This document shows positions 11,360 through 23,200 of a stretch of 64,000 bases of DNA, in pieces (the first letter of the stretch is position 1; each line of letters starts with the position of its first letter). A program made the translations under genes and the position numbers. This stretch comes from Macrostomum lignano (taxonomy: Eukaryota): the NCBI GenBank assembly GCA_002269645.1, contig NIVC01000598.1, forward strand, positions 346,286 through 410,285, read 5' to 3'. The notes under the pieces were generated by a model. That model was given only the letters and a program-made list of their open reading frames with translations, searched no databases and was not told the DNA's origin.

Positions 11360-12478
11360 CCTGGGCTGCCCTCCCAGATCTTCAGTTGCTGGGCCAGCCT
11401 CCCAGATCTTCAGTTGCTGGGCCAGCCTCCCAGATCCTTAGTTGCTGGGCCAGCCTCCCAGATCCTCAGTTGCTGGGACAGCCTCCCGGATCCTCAGTTG
11501 CTGGGCCAGCCTCCCAGATCCTCAGTTGCTGGGCCAGCCTCCCAGATCCTCAGCTGCTGATCCAGCCTCCCAGATCCTCAGTTGCTGGGCCAGCCTCCCA
11601 GATCCTCAGTTGCTGGGCCAACCTCCCAGATCCTCAGTTGCTGGACCAGCCTCCCAGATCCTCAGCTGCTGATCCAGCCTCCCAGATCCTCAGTTGCTGG
11701 GCCAGCCTCCCAGATCCTCAGTTGCTGGGCCAGCCTCCCAGATCCTCAGTTTCTGGGCCAGCCTCCCGGATCCTCAGTTGCTGGGCCAGCCTCCCAGATC
11801 CTCAGTTGCTGGGCCAACCTCCCAGATCCTCAGTTGCTGGGCCAGCCTCCCAGATCCTCAGTTGCTGGGCCAGCCTCCCAGATCCTCAGTTTCTGGGCCA
11901 GCCTCCCAGATCCTCAGTTGCTGGGCCAGCCTCCCAGATCCTCAGTTGCTGGGCCAGCCTCCCAGAGTGTCAGTTGCTGTGCCAGCCTCCCAGATCCTCA
12001 GTTTCTGGGCCAGCCTCCCAGATCCTCAGTTGCTGGGCCAGCCTCCCAGAGTGTCAGTTGCTGTGCCAGCCTCCCAGATCCTCAGTTTCTGGGCCAGCCT
12101 CCCAGATCCTCAGTTGCTGGGCCAGCCTCCCAGAGTGTCAGTTGCTGTGCCAGCCTCCCAGATCCTCAGTTGCTGGGCCAGCCTCCCAGAGTGTCAGTTG
12201 CTGTGCCAGCCTCCCAGATCCTCAGTTTCTGTGCCAGCCTCCCAGATCCTCAGTTGCTGGGCCAGCCTCCCAGAGTGTCAGTTGCTGTGCCAGCCTCCCA
12301 GATCCTCAGTTTCTGGGCCAGCCTCCCAGAGTGTCAGTTGCTGTGCCAGCCTCCCAGAGTGTCAGTTGCTGGGCCAGCCTCCCAGATCCTCAGTTTCTGG
12401 GCCAGCCTCCCAGAGTGTCAGTTGCTGTGCCAGCCTCCCAGATCCTCAGTTGCTGGGCCAGCCTTCCAGTTCCTCAAT
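11360..12478 (+). repeat. 28-bp minisatellite (CCTCCCAGATCCTCAGTTGCTGGGCCAG)n
   Basis: Direct reading; same family as the arrays at 61545-61975 and 63045-63735, in reverse orientation. Confidence 0.95.
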
Positions 12479-12809
12479 TTCTGGGTCACCCGGGTAAAAA
12501 AGCTAATAAAAAGGTACTCAGCTATTTGCCTGAGAAAACATTCTTAATCAGTGTTTCGATGCAATATTAGGCTCTTTTATGTTGAAGCCAGGTATTTTTC
12601 ATGTACTTATTCACAACTGTGTGTAGTGTATTTTTGCACCACATAATTTTAGCTATCAAGCATCACTCTATCGGCACTTGTACTTTTGAATCGAGCTTCA
12701 CTGCTGTGGTCCCAGCTGTCTCAGTTGTCCGTTTATTTTTTCTGACTATTATAGCCTCTGTACTACTTAATTTTTTTCGGCCGTGTTGATGTAGATAAAT
12801 ACTACAGTA

Positions 12810-13390
12810 TATCTTGATGCTGTGGTGTTTATCCTGATGCTGTAGTGTTTATCCTGATTCTGCAGTGTTTATCCTGATGCTGTAGTGTTTATCCTGATGC
12901 TGTAGTGTTTATCCTGATGCTGTAGTGTTTATCCTGATGCTGTAGTGTTTATCCTGATGCTGTAGTGTTTATCCTGATGCTGTAGTGTTTATCCTGATTC
13001 TGCAGTGTTTATCCTGATGCTGTAGTGTTTATCCTGATTCTGCAGTGTTTATCCTGATTCTGCAGTGTTTATCCTGATGCTGTAGTGTTTATCCTGATGC
13101 TGTAGTGTTTATCCTGATGCTGTAGTGTTTATCCTGATGCTGTAGTGTTTATCCTGATGCTGTAGTGTTTATCCTGATGCTGTAGTGTTTATCCTGATGC
13201 TGTAGTGTTTATCCTGATGCTGTAGTGTTTATCCTGATTCTGCAGTGTTTATCCTGATGCTGTAGTGTTTATCCTGATTCTGCAGTGTTTATCCTGATTC
13301 TGCAGTGTTTATCCTGATGCTGTAGTGTTTATCCTGATGCTGTAGTGTTTATCCTGATGCTGTAGTGTTTATCCTGCTGCTGTAGTGTGT
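12810..13390. repeat. 20-bp minisatellite (GTGTTTATCCTGATGCTGTA)n
   Basis: Direct reading. Confidence 0.95.
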
Positions 13391-13687
13391 ATTTGCAGTC
13401 TTCATTGCTGCAAAATGCTGAAAAGAAGAAATTCGACTTATTTAAAGATGCTTAATTCGCACTGCAATATTACTTATATTTGGAACCTGTCAGGTACATG
13501 TGCGTTGCCATGGCGTTGAATAATATTTTTTCTGACATCCTGTTTGGACCAATAGAGCTGATGATTATGATTATTATTATGCGGGATTTTTAATTCATAA
13601 TTATTGTGAATTTAGGTTGCCTTGTTTTGTTTTTTGTCGTTGCTAAATTAATTCTTGATAATTGAGAAGCCACCTTCTGATTCACCA

Positions 13688-13860
13688 CTTCCCATTCCCC
13701 TCTCCCCATTCCCCACTCCCCATCCCCTCTCCCCATTCCCCACTCCCCATTCCCCATTCCCCACTCCCCATTCCCCTCTCCCCATTCCCCACTCCCCATT
13801 CCCCTCTCCCCATTCCCCACGGGGTTCCCCATCCCCTCTCCCGATTCCCACTCTTATTCC
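13688..13860. repeat. C-rich low-complexity repeat (CCCATTC/CCCACTC)n
   Basis: Direct reading. Confidence 0.85.
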
Positions 13861-14576
13861 CCACTAATATCCAAAACTAGATGGCATACGGCAAAGTACA
13901 CCCAGTTGTTTATAAAACAGTTTAGACCAAAGCTTCGTTTAAATAAGCAATTAGCATTTTAATTTGTCAATTCTAGTTGGCAAAGCATCGATTTGGTGGA
14001 AAATTTTTCGGGTATCAGGCTTTCTGATCAGGAAATTTAATGCGAAACCTTCTCTCCTTCTTTCGATTTTTTCTTTGCTGGGAAAGACTCTTTCTTGGTT
14101 TTCCGCGCGGCGGTCGAATTGAATTTGAGAAGTCAAGACGGGACTGGACAAGAGTCAGGAGCATATTGTGCCTGACAGATATAGCTGTTTGGTTTATCTT
14201 CGGAAACCAACAGTTTATGGCGCTAGCAAAATTGTCCAGAGTTAATCTAAGGAATTGTTCTTTAACGGGTGATGCTGGCTAAATGAATTCTCAGGCCTAC
14301 AGGAAGTTCTAGTGTAGGTTCTCATCCCCGCCTTAGCACGCAGTTGCCCTACTCTCTTCTTGCAGCCTGTTGTAAATAGATAAGCGATGCAGATCTGCTC
14401 AAACAGACTCGCCAGATGTCATGACTTGGTGCTTTTTTACAAGACACGAAATATTTCCCCCTAGTGCAGTTTTGTATCGCGTCTGGGAATGTCTTTCACC
14501 GTTTCTGGTTACACAGCTTCTGTCTTGCTGCTTCAGTGAGTTTCCTGCTTCTCTTTATGATGCACTGCCTGCACGG

Positions 14577-14755
14577 TGAGTGAGTGAGAGTGAGTGAGTG
14601 AGTGAGTGAATGAGTAAGTGAGTGAGTGAGTGAGTGAGTGAGTGAGTGAGTGAGTGAGTGAGTGAGTGAGTGAGTGAGTGAGTGAATGAATGATTGAGTA
14701 AGTGAGTGAATGAGTGGGCAAGTGAGTGGGTGGGTGAGTGAGTGAGTGAGTGACA
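14577..14755. repeat. (TGAG)n microsatellite
   Basis: Direct reading. Confidence 0.95.
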
Positions 14756-15289
14756 GGGGATAGCATGGATTGCTTGTGACAGTGTCCCAATTATCTAGCA
14801 AAAGTACATGTAGGTGATTGTCAGAGTAATTGCTAAACGCACTGAATGGCTAGCATTTTAAAGCATATGTCAAACAGAAGCACCGCAAAATAATGATTAT
14901 AAGTGCCGCATTTCTTAATTCTGTTTGACAGCCAGTATTTTGCATTGCCGCGACTTCTGCAGCCGCATATAATTGGCGCTCGAGTCGGCCTTGGTAAAAA
15001 AAGCATTTGCAAGAAGAGGACAGTTTCTAGGACTGATGGGGTTGGAAAACATTTGGCCTGTTTTGGGAGATTTCTCCTGGGAAGAGTTTTTCCTCGCGCT
15101 CTTGTGTGGGATAGGGTTGTTCTAGAAAGAAACGGATGAATAGATTGACAGGGGGTTAAACGGGCTTTTACGTTATCGCGGCTATTATAAAAGTTGCTCT
15201 GTGTTTTGTTGTATGCTTTTAGATGCGCTCAAGCTCTGATAGCGCCTTAAGCAACCATTCTTGCTAATATTGGAAGCGCTCTATGGCGT

Positions 15290-15720
15290 CCATAGCAACG
15301 ATCCGGACAACGGCAAAAGTCCTCAATAGAACACTAGCGACTTTTTTAGCTACTGTAGAAGTCCCAACTTTCTGTGACTCCATGAAAGCTCTCGATAGCG
15401 TCCCTAGCAACCATTCTGACAACCATGGAAGGTGATAGCGTCCCTAGCAACCATTCTGACAACCATAGCAGCCCTCAATAGCGTCCTTAGCAACCATTCT
15501 GACAACCATGGAAGTTGATAGCGTCGCTAGAAACGATTCTAACAACCATAGCACCCCTAGCAACCATTCTGACATCCAAAGAAGCCCTCAATAGCGTCCT
15601 TAGCAACCATTCTGACAACCATGGAAGAAGATAGGGTCCATAGGAACGATTCTAACAACCATAGAAGCCCTAGCAACCATTCTGACATCCATAGAAGCCC
15701 TCAATAGCGTTCTTAGCAAC
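15290..15720. repeat. Degenerate repeat with core CCTAGCAACCATTCTGACAACCAT
   Basis: About 8 imperfect copies read directly. Confidence 0.8.
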
Positions 15721-16039
15721 CTTCGAAGCCCTTGTCTGATTATCTGTGCTTCTACCTTACATTCTTGTCTTCTGTAAGAAGCGTACGATTAGCCTTCGCA
15801 GAGTAACAAACAGCCTTTGGGATAGGTACTGCCCAAGCGCTGCAGGCTAATTTATCACTCTCTCAGCTTACTCTGTTGCCATTATCCAAAGATGCGGAAA
15901 AGATAACAGACTGTTGTGGTGGAGAAACCGGTTGGCGCTGACTGACCATAATTTATCGCATAGCAGTCATACCGCACTGCGCCAATTGTATTCACACTGT
16001 GCCACTGGGTGTAGCGCTGATGCACACAGCGCAGTTTGG

Positions 16040-16390
16040 GTTTCAAGGAATTTGAATTTCGGGGATAATTGAGATTTTAGGCAAGTTAGAATTTCAGTCA
16101 GTTGGGATTTCAGGGAGTTTGAATTTCAGGCATAATTTGGATTTCAAGAAAAATGGGGATTTCTGGGATAATTAGGACTTCTGGGATAACTGGGATTTCA
16201 GGAAAAATTGGGATTTCTGGGAGAATTTGGATTTCAGTAAGAATTGGGATTTCAGGAAAAATTAACATTTCAAGGATAATTGGGATTTCAGAGATAATTG
16301 GGATTTCAGGGATAGTTGGGATTTTAGGGATAATTTGAATTTTAGGGCAATTGGGATTTCAGCTAATGGGGACGTCAGGGAATTAGGATG
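16040..16390. repeat. Degenerate 18-bp repeat (GGGATTTCAGGGATAATT)n
   Basis: Direct reading. Confidence 0.8.
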
Positions 16391-16777
16391 TCAGGCTTTG
16401 GGACTAAAGAAGCACTTTGTCGAAATTCCAATATAATGCACAATATAACAGCATAATGCTTCTAGTTAAGTTTTAAGCGCCGATATGCTTCCCTTTCTAT
16501 CTAATTCATCAGATCAGTTCATCGTTAGGGTATGCGCTTTGTTTATCTCATTTAACAGCCCCGATGCACTGTTGCCATAGCGACTGCAGATTAATGCAAG
16601 CAACCTGTCATCAGCTGGTCCGTTCCCAGTCCAAACCTTTTTTGGCAAACTGCAAAAAACAAAGAAAGAAGTGGTTTATATCTGTGTGTATGCAAAATGA
16701 TTAAATAAACCTGGTTGCGCTCACTGGTTAATTGCACTTTCATTGATGCAGATGCAGTTACACCTGAGCATTACTGA

Positions 16778-17280
16778 GTCCCAGTGTCTGTCTCTGTGTC
16801 TGTCCCTGTGTCTGTCTCAGTGTCTGTTTTCATGCCTGTCCCAGTGTCTTTCCCGGTGTCTGTCCCAGTGTCTATCTCAGTGTCTGTCCCAGTTTCTGTC
16901 TTCGTGTCTGTCCCAGTGTCTGTCTCAGTGTCTGTCCCAGTTTCTGTCTTCGTGTCTGTCCCTGTGTCTGTCTCAGTGTCTGTTTTCATGCCTGTCCCCA
17001 GTGTCTCCCAGTGTCTGTCCCAGTGTCTATCTCAGTGTCTGTCCCAGTTTCTGTCTTCGTGTCTGTCCCTGTGTCTGTCTCAGTGTCTGTTTTCATGCCT
17101 GTCCCCAGTGTCTCCCAGTGTCTGTCCCAGTGTCTATCTCAGTGTCTGTCCCAGTTTCTGTCTTCGTTTCTGTCCCAGTGTCTGTCTCAGTGTCTGTCCC
17201 TGTGTCTGTCTCAGTGTTTGTCTCAGTGTATGTGTCTGTGTCTGTCTCATTGTCTGTCTCAGTGTCTCCGTGTGTCGCTG
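16778..17280. repeat. 12-bp-based minisatellite (CCCAGTGTCTGT/CTCAGTGTCTGT)n
   Basis: Direct reading; related to the array at 21612-22486. Confidence 0.9.
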
Positions 17281-17604
17281 TGTGTCCTCCATCCCGGCTC
17301 TTTGTCCTGTTCTTTGTGGGGCGGCAGTGGATGCTAATGCTAGTTACATTCTAGATTTCATGAGTTTGCGACATTGTCACAACCGACGAGAGGCCCAGTC
17401 CGCCGACTCCCCTGAGCAGGCACACAAGCGCGCAAATACGTACGCAGTCTTACGCACAGGCACACACTCACACAGGAGTGTACATATGCAGCACCCCGAA
17501 CTTTATTATGTAACAAATAATAGGCATGTACACTTCACTGTGCCTTAAGTCCTCAAGGCCGTTAATTGCACGAGCAGAGCCAAGCCAAGATTCCAATTTA
17601 GCCC

Positions 17605-17687
17605 CAAATTAATGTGACTGCACTTGGAATCGAGCCTGGACCGCTGGCACACCAGAGCGCCATTCTACATCACAAGGCTACGGCCCC
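17605..17687 (-). mobile_element. tRNA-derived SINE-like element or tRNA pseudogene, copy 1
   Basis: Reads GGGGCCGTAGCC...GGCTCGATTCC (B-box-like, about 52 nt from the start), then GTGCAGTCACATT, which is shared with copy 2. Acceptor and T stems do not pair. Confidence 0.5.
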
Positions 17688-18182
17688 TTAAGATTTTAGG
17701 AGAGTGTAAACAAACTATATTAAACGATATTTAGACTGAATTGGCTGTGATTTTGTGTGTGTGGTAAGGGATTTAGAAAAAACAAAAAAACAACTCATTG
17801 AGAACCCTTGTATATTTAATTTTGATAAAATTACCGCAATACCAGCGCGCACTGCAAGCTTTGAAAAAAAACGATTTGCAAGATTATTAGATTAAACAGT
17901 AATGAAGTTGCTTAAATCTTGAGACACTTTACACACCTTCTGTATACGCGTACCCCATGACATTCATTGGAGGGCTTGGGCGATTAATAAGCAAGACGCT
18001 ACGATTAAAAACCATAACGCAGGTTCACCGCATGCACAATTAGGCTGTACATTCGCGTGTCAAATTTGATGCATTTATGAAGCTTAAATAATTATAACTA
18101 CTAGCTACCAGTATTATAACTACGGATTGTAATTTAAATATCAATCAAGAGTATATATATCCGTATGTATTGAACGAATTTC

Positions 18183-20146
18183 CCGCCTCACTCACTGGAT
18201 CTGCCTCTCCGCCCCCACCTCACTCACTGGATCTGCCTCTCCGCCCCCACCTCACTCACTGGATCTGCCTCTCCGCCCCCTCACTCACTGGATCTGCCTC
18301 TCCGCCCCCCCCCTCACTCACTGGATCTGCCTCTCCGCCCCCCTCACTCACTGGATCTGCCTCTCCGCCCCAACCTCACTCACTGGATCTGCCTCTCCGC
18401 CCCCACCTCACTCACTGGATCTGCCTCTCCGCCCCCCTCACTCACTGGATCTGCCTCTCCGCCCCCCTCACTCACTGGATCTGCCTCTCCGCCCCCCTCA
18501 CTCACTGGATCTGCCTCTCCGCCCCCCTCACTCACTGGATCTGCCTTTCCGCCCCCTCACTCACTGGATCTGCCTCTCCGCCCCCACCTCACTCACTGGA
18601 TCTGCCTCTCCGCCCCCACCTCACTCACTGGATCTGCCTCTCCGCCCCCCTCACTCACTGGATCTGCCTCTCCGCCCCCTCACTCACTGGATCTGCCTCT
18701 CCGCCCCCCTCACTCACTGGATCTGCCTTTCCGCCCCCCTCACTCACTGGATCTGCCTCTCCGCCCCCACCTCACTCACTGGATCTGCCTCTCCGCCCCC
18801 ACCTCACTCACTGGATCTGCCTCTCCGCCCCCACCTCACTCACTGGATCTGCCTCTCCGCCCCCACCTCACTCACTGGATCTGCCTCTCCGCCCCCCTCA
18901 CTCACTGGATCTGCCTCTCCGCCCCCCTCACTCACTGGATCTGCCTCTCCGCCCCCACCTCACTCACTGGATCTGCCTCTCCGCCCCCCTCACTCACTGG
19001 ATCTGCCTCTCCGCCCCAACCTCACTCACTGGATCTGCCTCTCCGCCCCCACCTCACTCACTGGATCTGCCTCTCCGCCCCCACCTCACTCACTGGATCT
19101 GCCTCTCCGCCCCCCTCACTCACTGGATCTGCCTCTCCGCCCCCTCACTCACTGGATCTGCCTCTCCGCCCGCCTCACTCACTGGATCTGCCTCTCCGCC
19201 CCCCCCCTCACTCACTGGATCTGCCTCTCCGCCCCCCTCACTCACTGGATCTGCCTCTCCGCCCGCCTCACTCACTGGATCTGCCTCTCCGCCCCCCCCC
19301 CTCACTCACTGGATCTGCCTCTCCGCCCCCCTCACTCACTGGATCTGCCTCTCCGCCCCCCTCACTCACTGGATCTGCCTCTTCGCCCCTCCCTCACTCA
19401 CTGGATCTGCCTCTCCGCCCCCCTCACTCACTGGATCTGCCTCTCCGCCCCCCTCACTCACTGGATCTGCCTCTCCGCCCCCCTCACTCACTGGATCTGC
19501 CTTTCCACCCCCTCACTCACTGGATCTGCCTCTCCGCCCCCCTCACTCACTGGATCTGCCTCTCCGCCCCAACCTCACTCACTGGATCTGCCTCTCCGCC
19601 CCCACCTCACTCACTGGATCTGCCTCTCCGCCCCCACCTCACTCACTGGATCTGCCTCTCCGCCCCCCTCACTCACTGGATCTGCCTCTCCGCCCCCCCC
19701 CTCACTCACTGGATCTGCCTCTCCGCCCCCCTCACTCACTGGATCTGCCTCTCCGCCCCCTCACTCATTGGATCTGCCTCTCCGCCCCCCTCACTCACTG
19801 GATCTGCCTCTCCGCCCCCTCACTCACTGGATCTGCCTCTCCACCCCCCTCACTCACTGGATCTGCCTCTCCGCCCCAACCTCACTCACTGGATCTGCCT
19901 CTCCGCCCCCACCTCACTCACTGGATCTGCCTCTCCGCCCCCACCTCACTCACTGGATCTGCCTCTCCGCCCCCTCACTCACTGGATCTGCCTCTCCGCC
20001 CCCCCCCCTCACTCACTGGATCTGCCTCTCCGCCCCCTCACTCATTGGATCTGCCTCTCCGCCCCCCTCCCTCACTCACTGGATCTGCCTCTCCGCCCCC
20101 TCACTCACTGGATCTGCCTTTCCGCCCCCCTCACTCACTGGATCTT
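18183..20146. repeat. About 30-bp minisatellite (CCTCACTCACTGGATCTGCCTCTCCGCCCC)n with a variable C-run
   Basis: Direct reading; begins about 80 bp past the DEG/ENaC stop codon. Confidence 0.97.
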
Positions 20147-20225
20147 CAAGACATATAATAAAGTTGTTTAAACAAAAAATCAGCTTCTGTTCTGCTTTTA
20201 GCCATTTAAACTGATAACAGCAGAG

Positions 20226-23200
20226 TCAGACGCCGTCGTTCTTCTCCCAAACCGGTTTCGGCAACTCTTCCAGCAGGTTCTCATCAGCTGTGCCGGCCAA
20301 ATCCGTGCCAGCCGCCGTGCCCGAAGCCTCGGACTGGGCCGTGTTGTTGCCGCTGTCTCGATGCCGACCGCGCCGCATTGCGCAGACACCGTAGCAGTGA
20401 ATGCAGAAGTCAATCAGCTCTACCACCGAGATCATTGTCAGCCCGATGAATATTGAGAACAGGCCGCCTACCTGGCTGAGAAATGAGGTCAGCGAGAGAA
20501 CCTCCTTTTCGGCGACTTTATGAAGATCGAAGTTTGGGCGAATGAGCTGGATTGACAGCAGGTTGCGTTCGAGAAGACTCACGTTTCTCAGCAGAGTGTA
20601 GGCGCCCTGCGCAGAGGGAGCGATTCAGTTGAAACTGATTGAGTGAAGGGCGATTCTCATGGGGCGGTGTGCGATTCTCATGGTGTAGTGCGGTTCTCAT
20701 GGGGTGGTGTGCGATTCTCATGGGGTAGTGTGCGATTCTCATGGGGTGGTGTGCGATTCTCATAGGGTGGTGTGCGATTCTCATGGGGTGGTGTGCGATT
20801 CTCATGGGGTGGTGTGCGACTTCTCATGGTTTAGTGCGGTTCTCATGGGGTGGTGTGCGATTCTCATGGTGTAGTGCGGTTCTCATGGTGTATGCGGTTC
20901 TCATGGTGTAGTGCGATTCTCATGGGGTGGTGTGCGATTCTCATAGGGTGGTGTGCGATTCTCATGGGCTAGTGTGCGATTCTCATGGGGTGGTGTGCGA
21001 TTCTCATGTGGTGGTGTGCGATTCTCATGGTGTAGTGCGGTTCTCATGGGGTGGTGTACTGCGATTCTTATGGGGTGGTGTGCGATTCTCATGGGCTAGT
21101 GTGCGATTCTCATGGGCTAGTGTGTGATTCTCATGGGCTAGTGTGCGATTCTCATGGGGTGGTGTGCGATTCTCATGGTGTAGTGCGGTTCTCATGGGGT
21201 GGTGTGCTGCGATTCTCATGGGGTGGTGTGCGATTCTCGTGGTGTAGTGCGATTCTCATGGGGTGGTGTGCAATTCTCATGAGCTAGTTTGTGATTCTCA
21301 TGGGGTGGCGTGCGATTCCCATTTGTCGATTTTGTTAACAAAGCCTTAAACTGAAGCAGCCAAGTGGTTATTTGGTTTTAACAATTGTACTTTTATGACC
21401 AGATTAGCTGCGAATCTTCATTAGCTTTTGTCTTTCCCCAAGGTCTATTTGCCTACACAGATGGGTCTCCTTACTCTGCCCTGAAAACAAATCTGCGGTC
21501 CAAGCGCAGTGATGGCAAACACAGTGGGGGGGGGGGGCGGCGGCAAGCCCTGCTGTCTTCTCTGCATCATGAGCTGAGGCCATTCTGTAGTGTGTTGGGT
21601 AGCCATTGATTGCTCAGTGTCTGTCTCAGTGTCTGAGTGTCTGTGTCTGTTTGTCTCAGTGTCTGTGTCTGTGTGTCTCAGTGTCTGTGTCAGTGTATCT
21701 CAGTGTCTGTGTCAGTGTGTCTCAGTGTCTGTGTCTGTGTGTCTCAGTGTCTGTGTCAGTGTGTCTCAGTGTCTGTCAGTGTGTCTCAGTGTCTGTGTCA
21801 GTGTGTCTCAGTGTCAGTGTCAGTGTGTCTCAGTGTCTGAGTGTCTATCAGTGTGTTTCAGTGTCTGTGTCAGTGTGTCTCAGTGTCTGTGTAAGTGTGT
21901 CTCAATGTCTGTGTAAGTGTCAGTTTGTCTGTGTAAGTGTCAGTGTGTCTGTGTAAGTGTCAGTGTGTCTCGGTGTCAGTGTCAGTGTGTCTCAGTGTCA
22001 GTGTCAGTGTGTCTCAGTGTCAGTGTCAGTGTTTCTCAGTGTCTGTGTAAGTGTGTCTCAGTGTCTGTGTCAGTGTGTCTCAGTGTCTGTGTCAGTGTGT
22101 CTCAGTGTCTGAGTGTCTATTAGTGTGTCTCAGTGTGTGTGTCTCAGTGTCTGTGTCTGACACTGTGTCAGTTTGTCTGTGTAAGTGTCAGTGTGTCTCA
22201 GTATCTGTGTCAGTGTCAGTAACTGTGTCAGTGTCCGTGTCAGTAGCTGCGTGTCAGTGTCTATGTCAGTGTCTGAGTGTCTATTAGTGTGTCTCAGTGT
22301 CTGTCAGTGTGTCTCAGTGTCTGTGTCTGTGTAAGTGTAAGTTTGTCTGTGTGTCAGTGTGTCTCAGTATCTGTGTCAGTGTGTCTCAGTATCTGTCTCA
22401 GTGTGTCTCAGTATCTGTGTCAGTGTCAGTGTCAGTAACTGTGTCAGTGTCTATGTCAGTGTCGGTGTCAGTGTGTCTCAGTGTCTACCACCACCCCGGA
22501 GACCCACCATCTCGTCGCCGGCCTTGGCCAGCCGGATGGCCCTGTCATAGACTGCCATCTCCTTCCGTCGCCGCAGTCTGCCAAACCCGCTGCTCTGCAG
22601 CAGCTGCAACTGCCAGGATTTCGTTGGCCAATCTGAGGTCGAACGCTCAGTCTGGTAGCTGTAGAAGGAGCACGGCAGGGTGCAACTGTCTACAACGTCC
22701 TTAAAGTACTTGGAGATCACCGCCTGTTTGCACTTGATGAACCTGTGCGCTCGCTCCAGTGCCGCCCGACAGACCGCCAAGTCGCTGTCGCCGTCGCTGC
22801 ACGCATTGGCGGGCAGGAACTCGGGCAGGCCGGTGCAGAATCGAACTTTGTCCGGATCGCCAATCTGCGGATATTCGGCCGCCTGGCAGCCGCAGGTGTC
22901 GCGGATGTCGCGCTGAATCGTGGCCTGCCTGCAGGCGCCTTCGCTATACTTGTAGCGCCGGGCGAACAGGTCCAGAGACTTCAGCGTATCGGCCGAGCAC
23001 CTGCCGTAGGGCGGGCGTTTCTGCACGTTTAGCACGTTTTTTATTTTCACCTCCGTCAGAGAGCCGGACTTCAGGTGCACAGCGTCGTGGTTAACGTCCG
23101 GGAAGGTGTCGCCGTCGTGAATTGTGAGGATGGCGCCCGAGAGCTGCGTGTTGATGTCCTGAGGGCATTGTGGCCAGTGACTGTGGTCAAAGACTAAAAG

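Noticed and set aside
11353-12570. Long repetitive ORFs (also 18170-20158, 32255-33917, 59497-61066, 62178-63932 in its repeat part, and similar)
   Set aside because: They are translations of tandem repeats whose units lack stops; several frames are open with the same peptide, and many lie inside introns of real genes.
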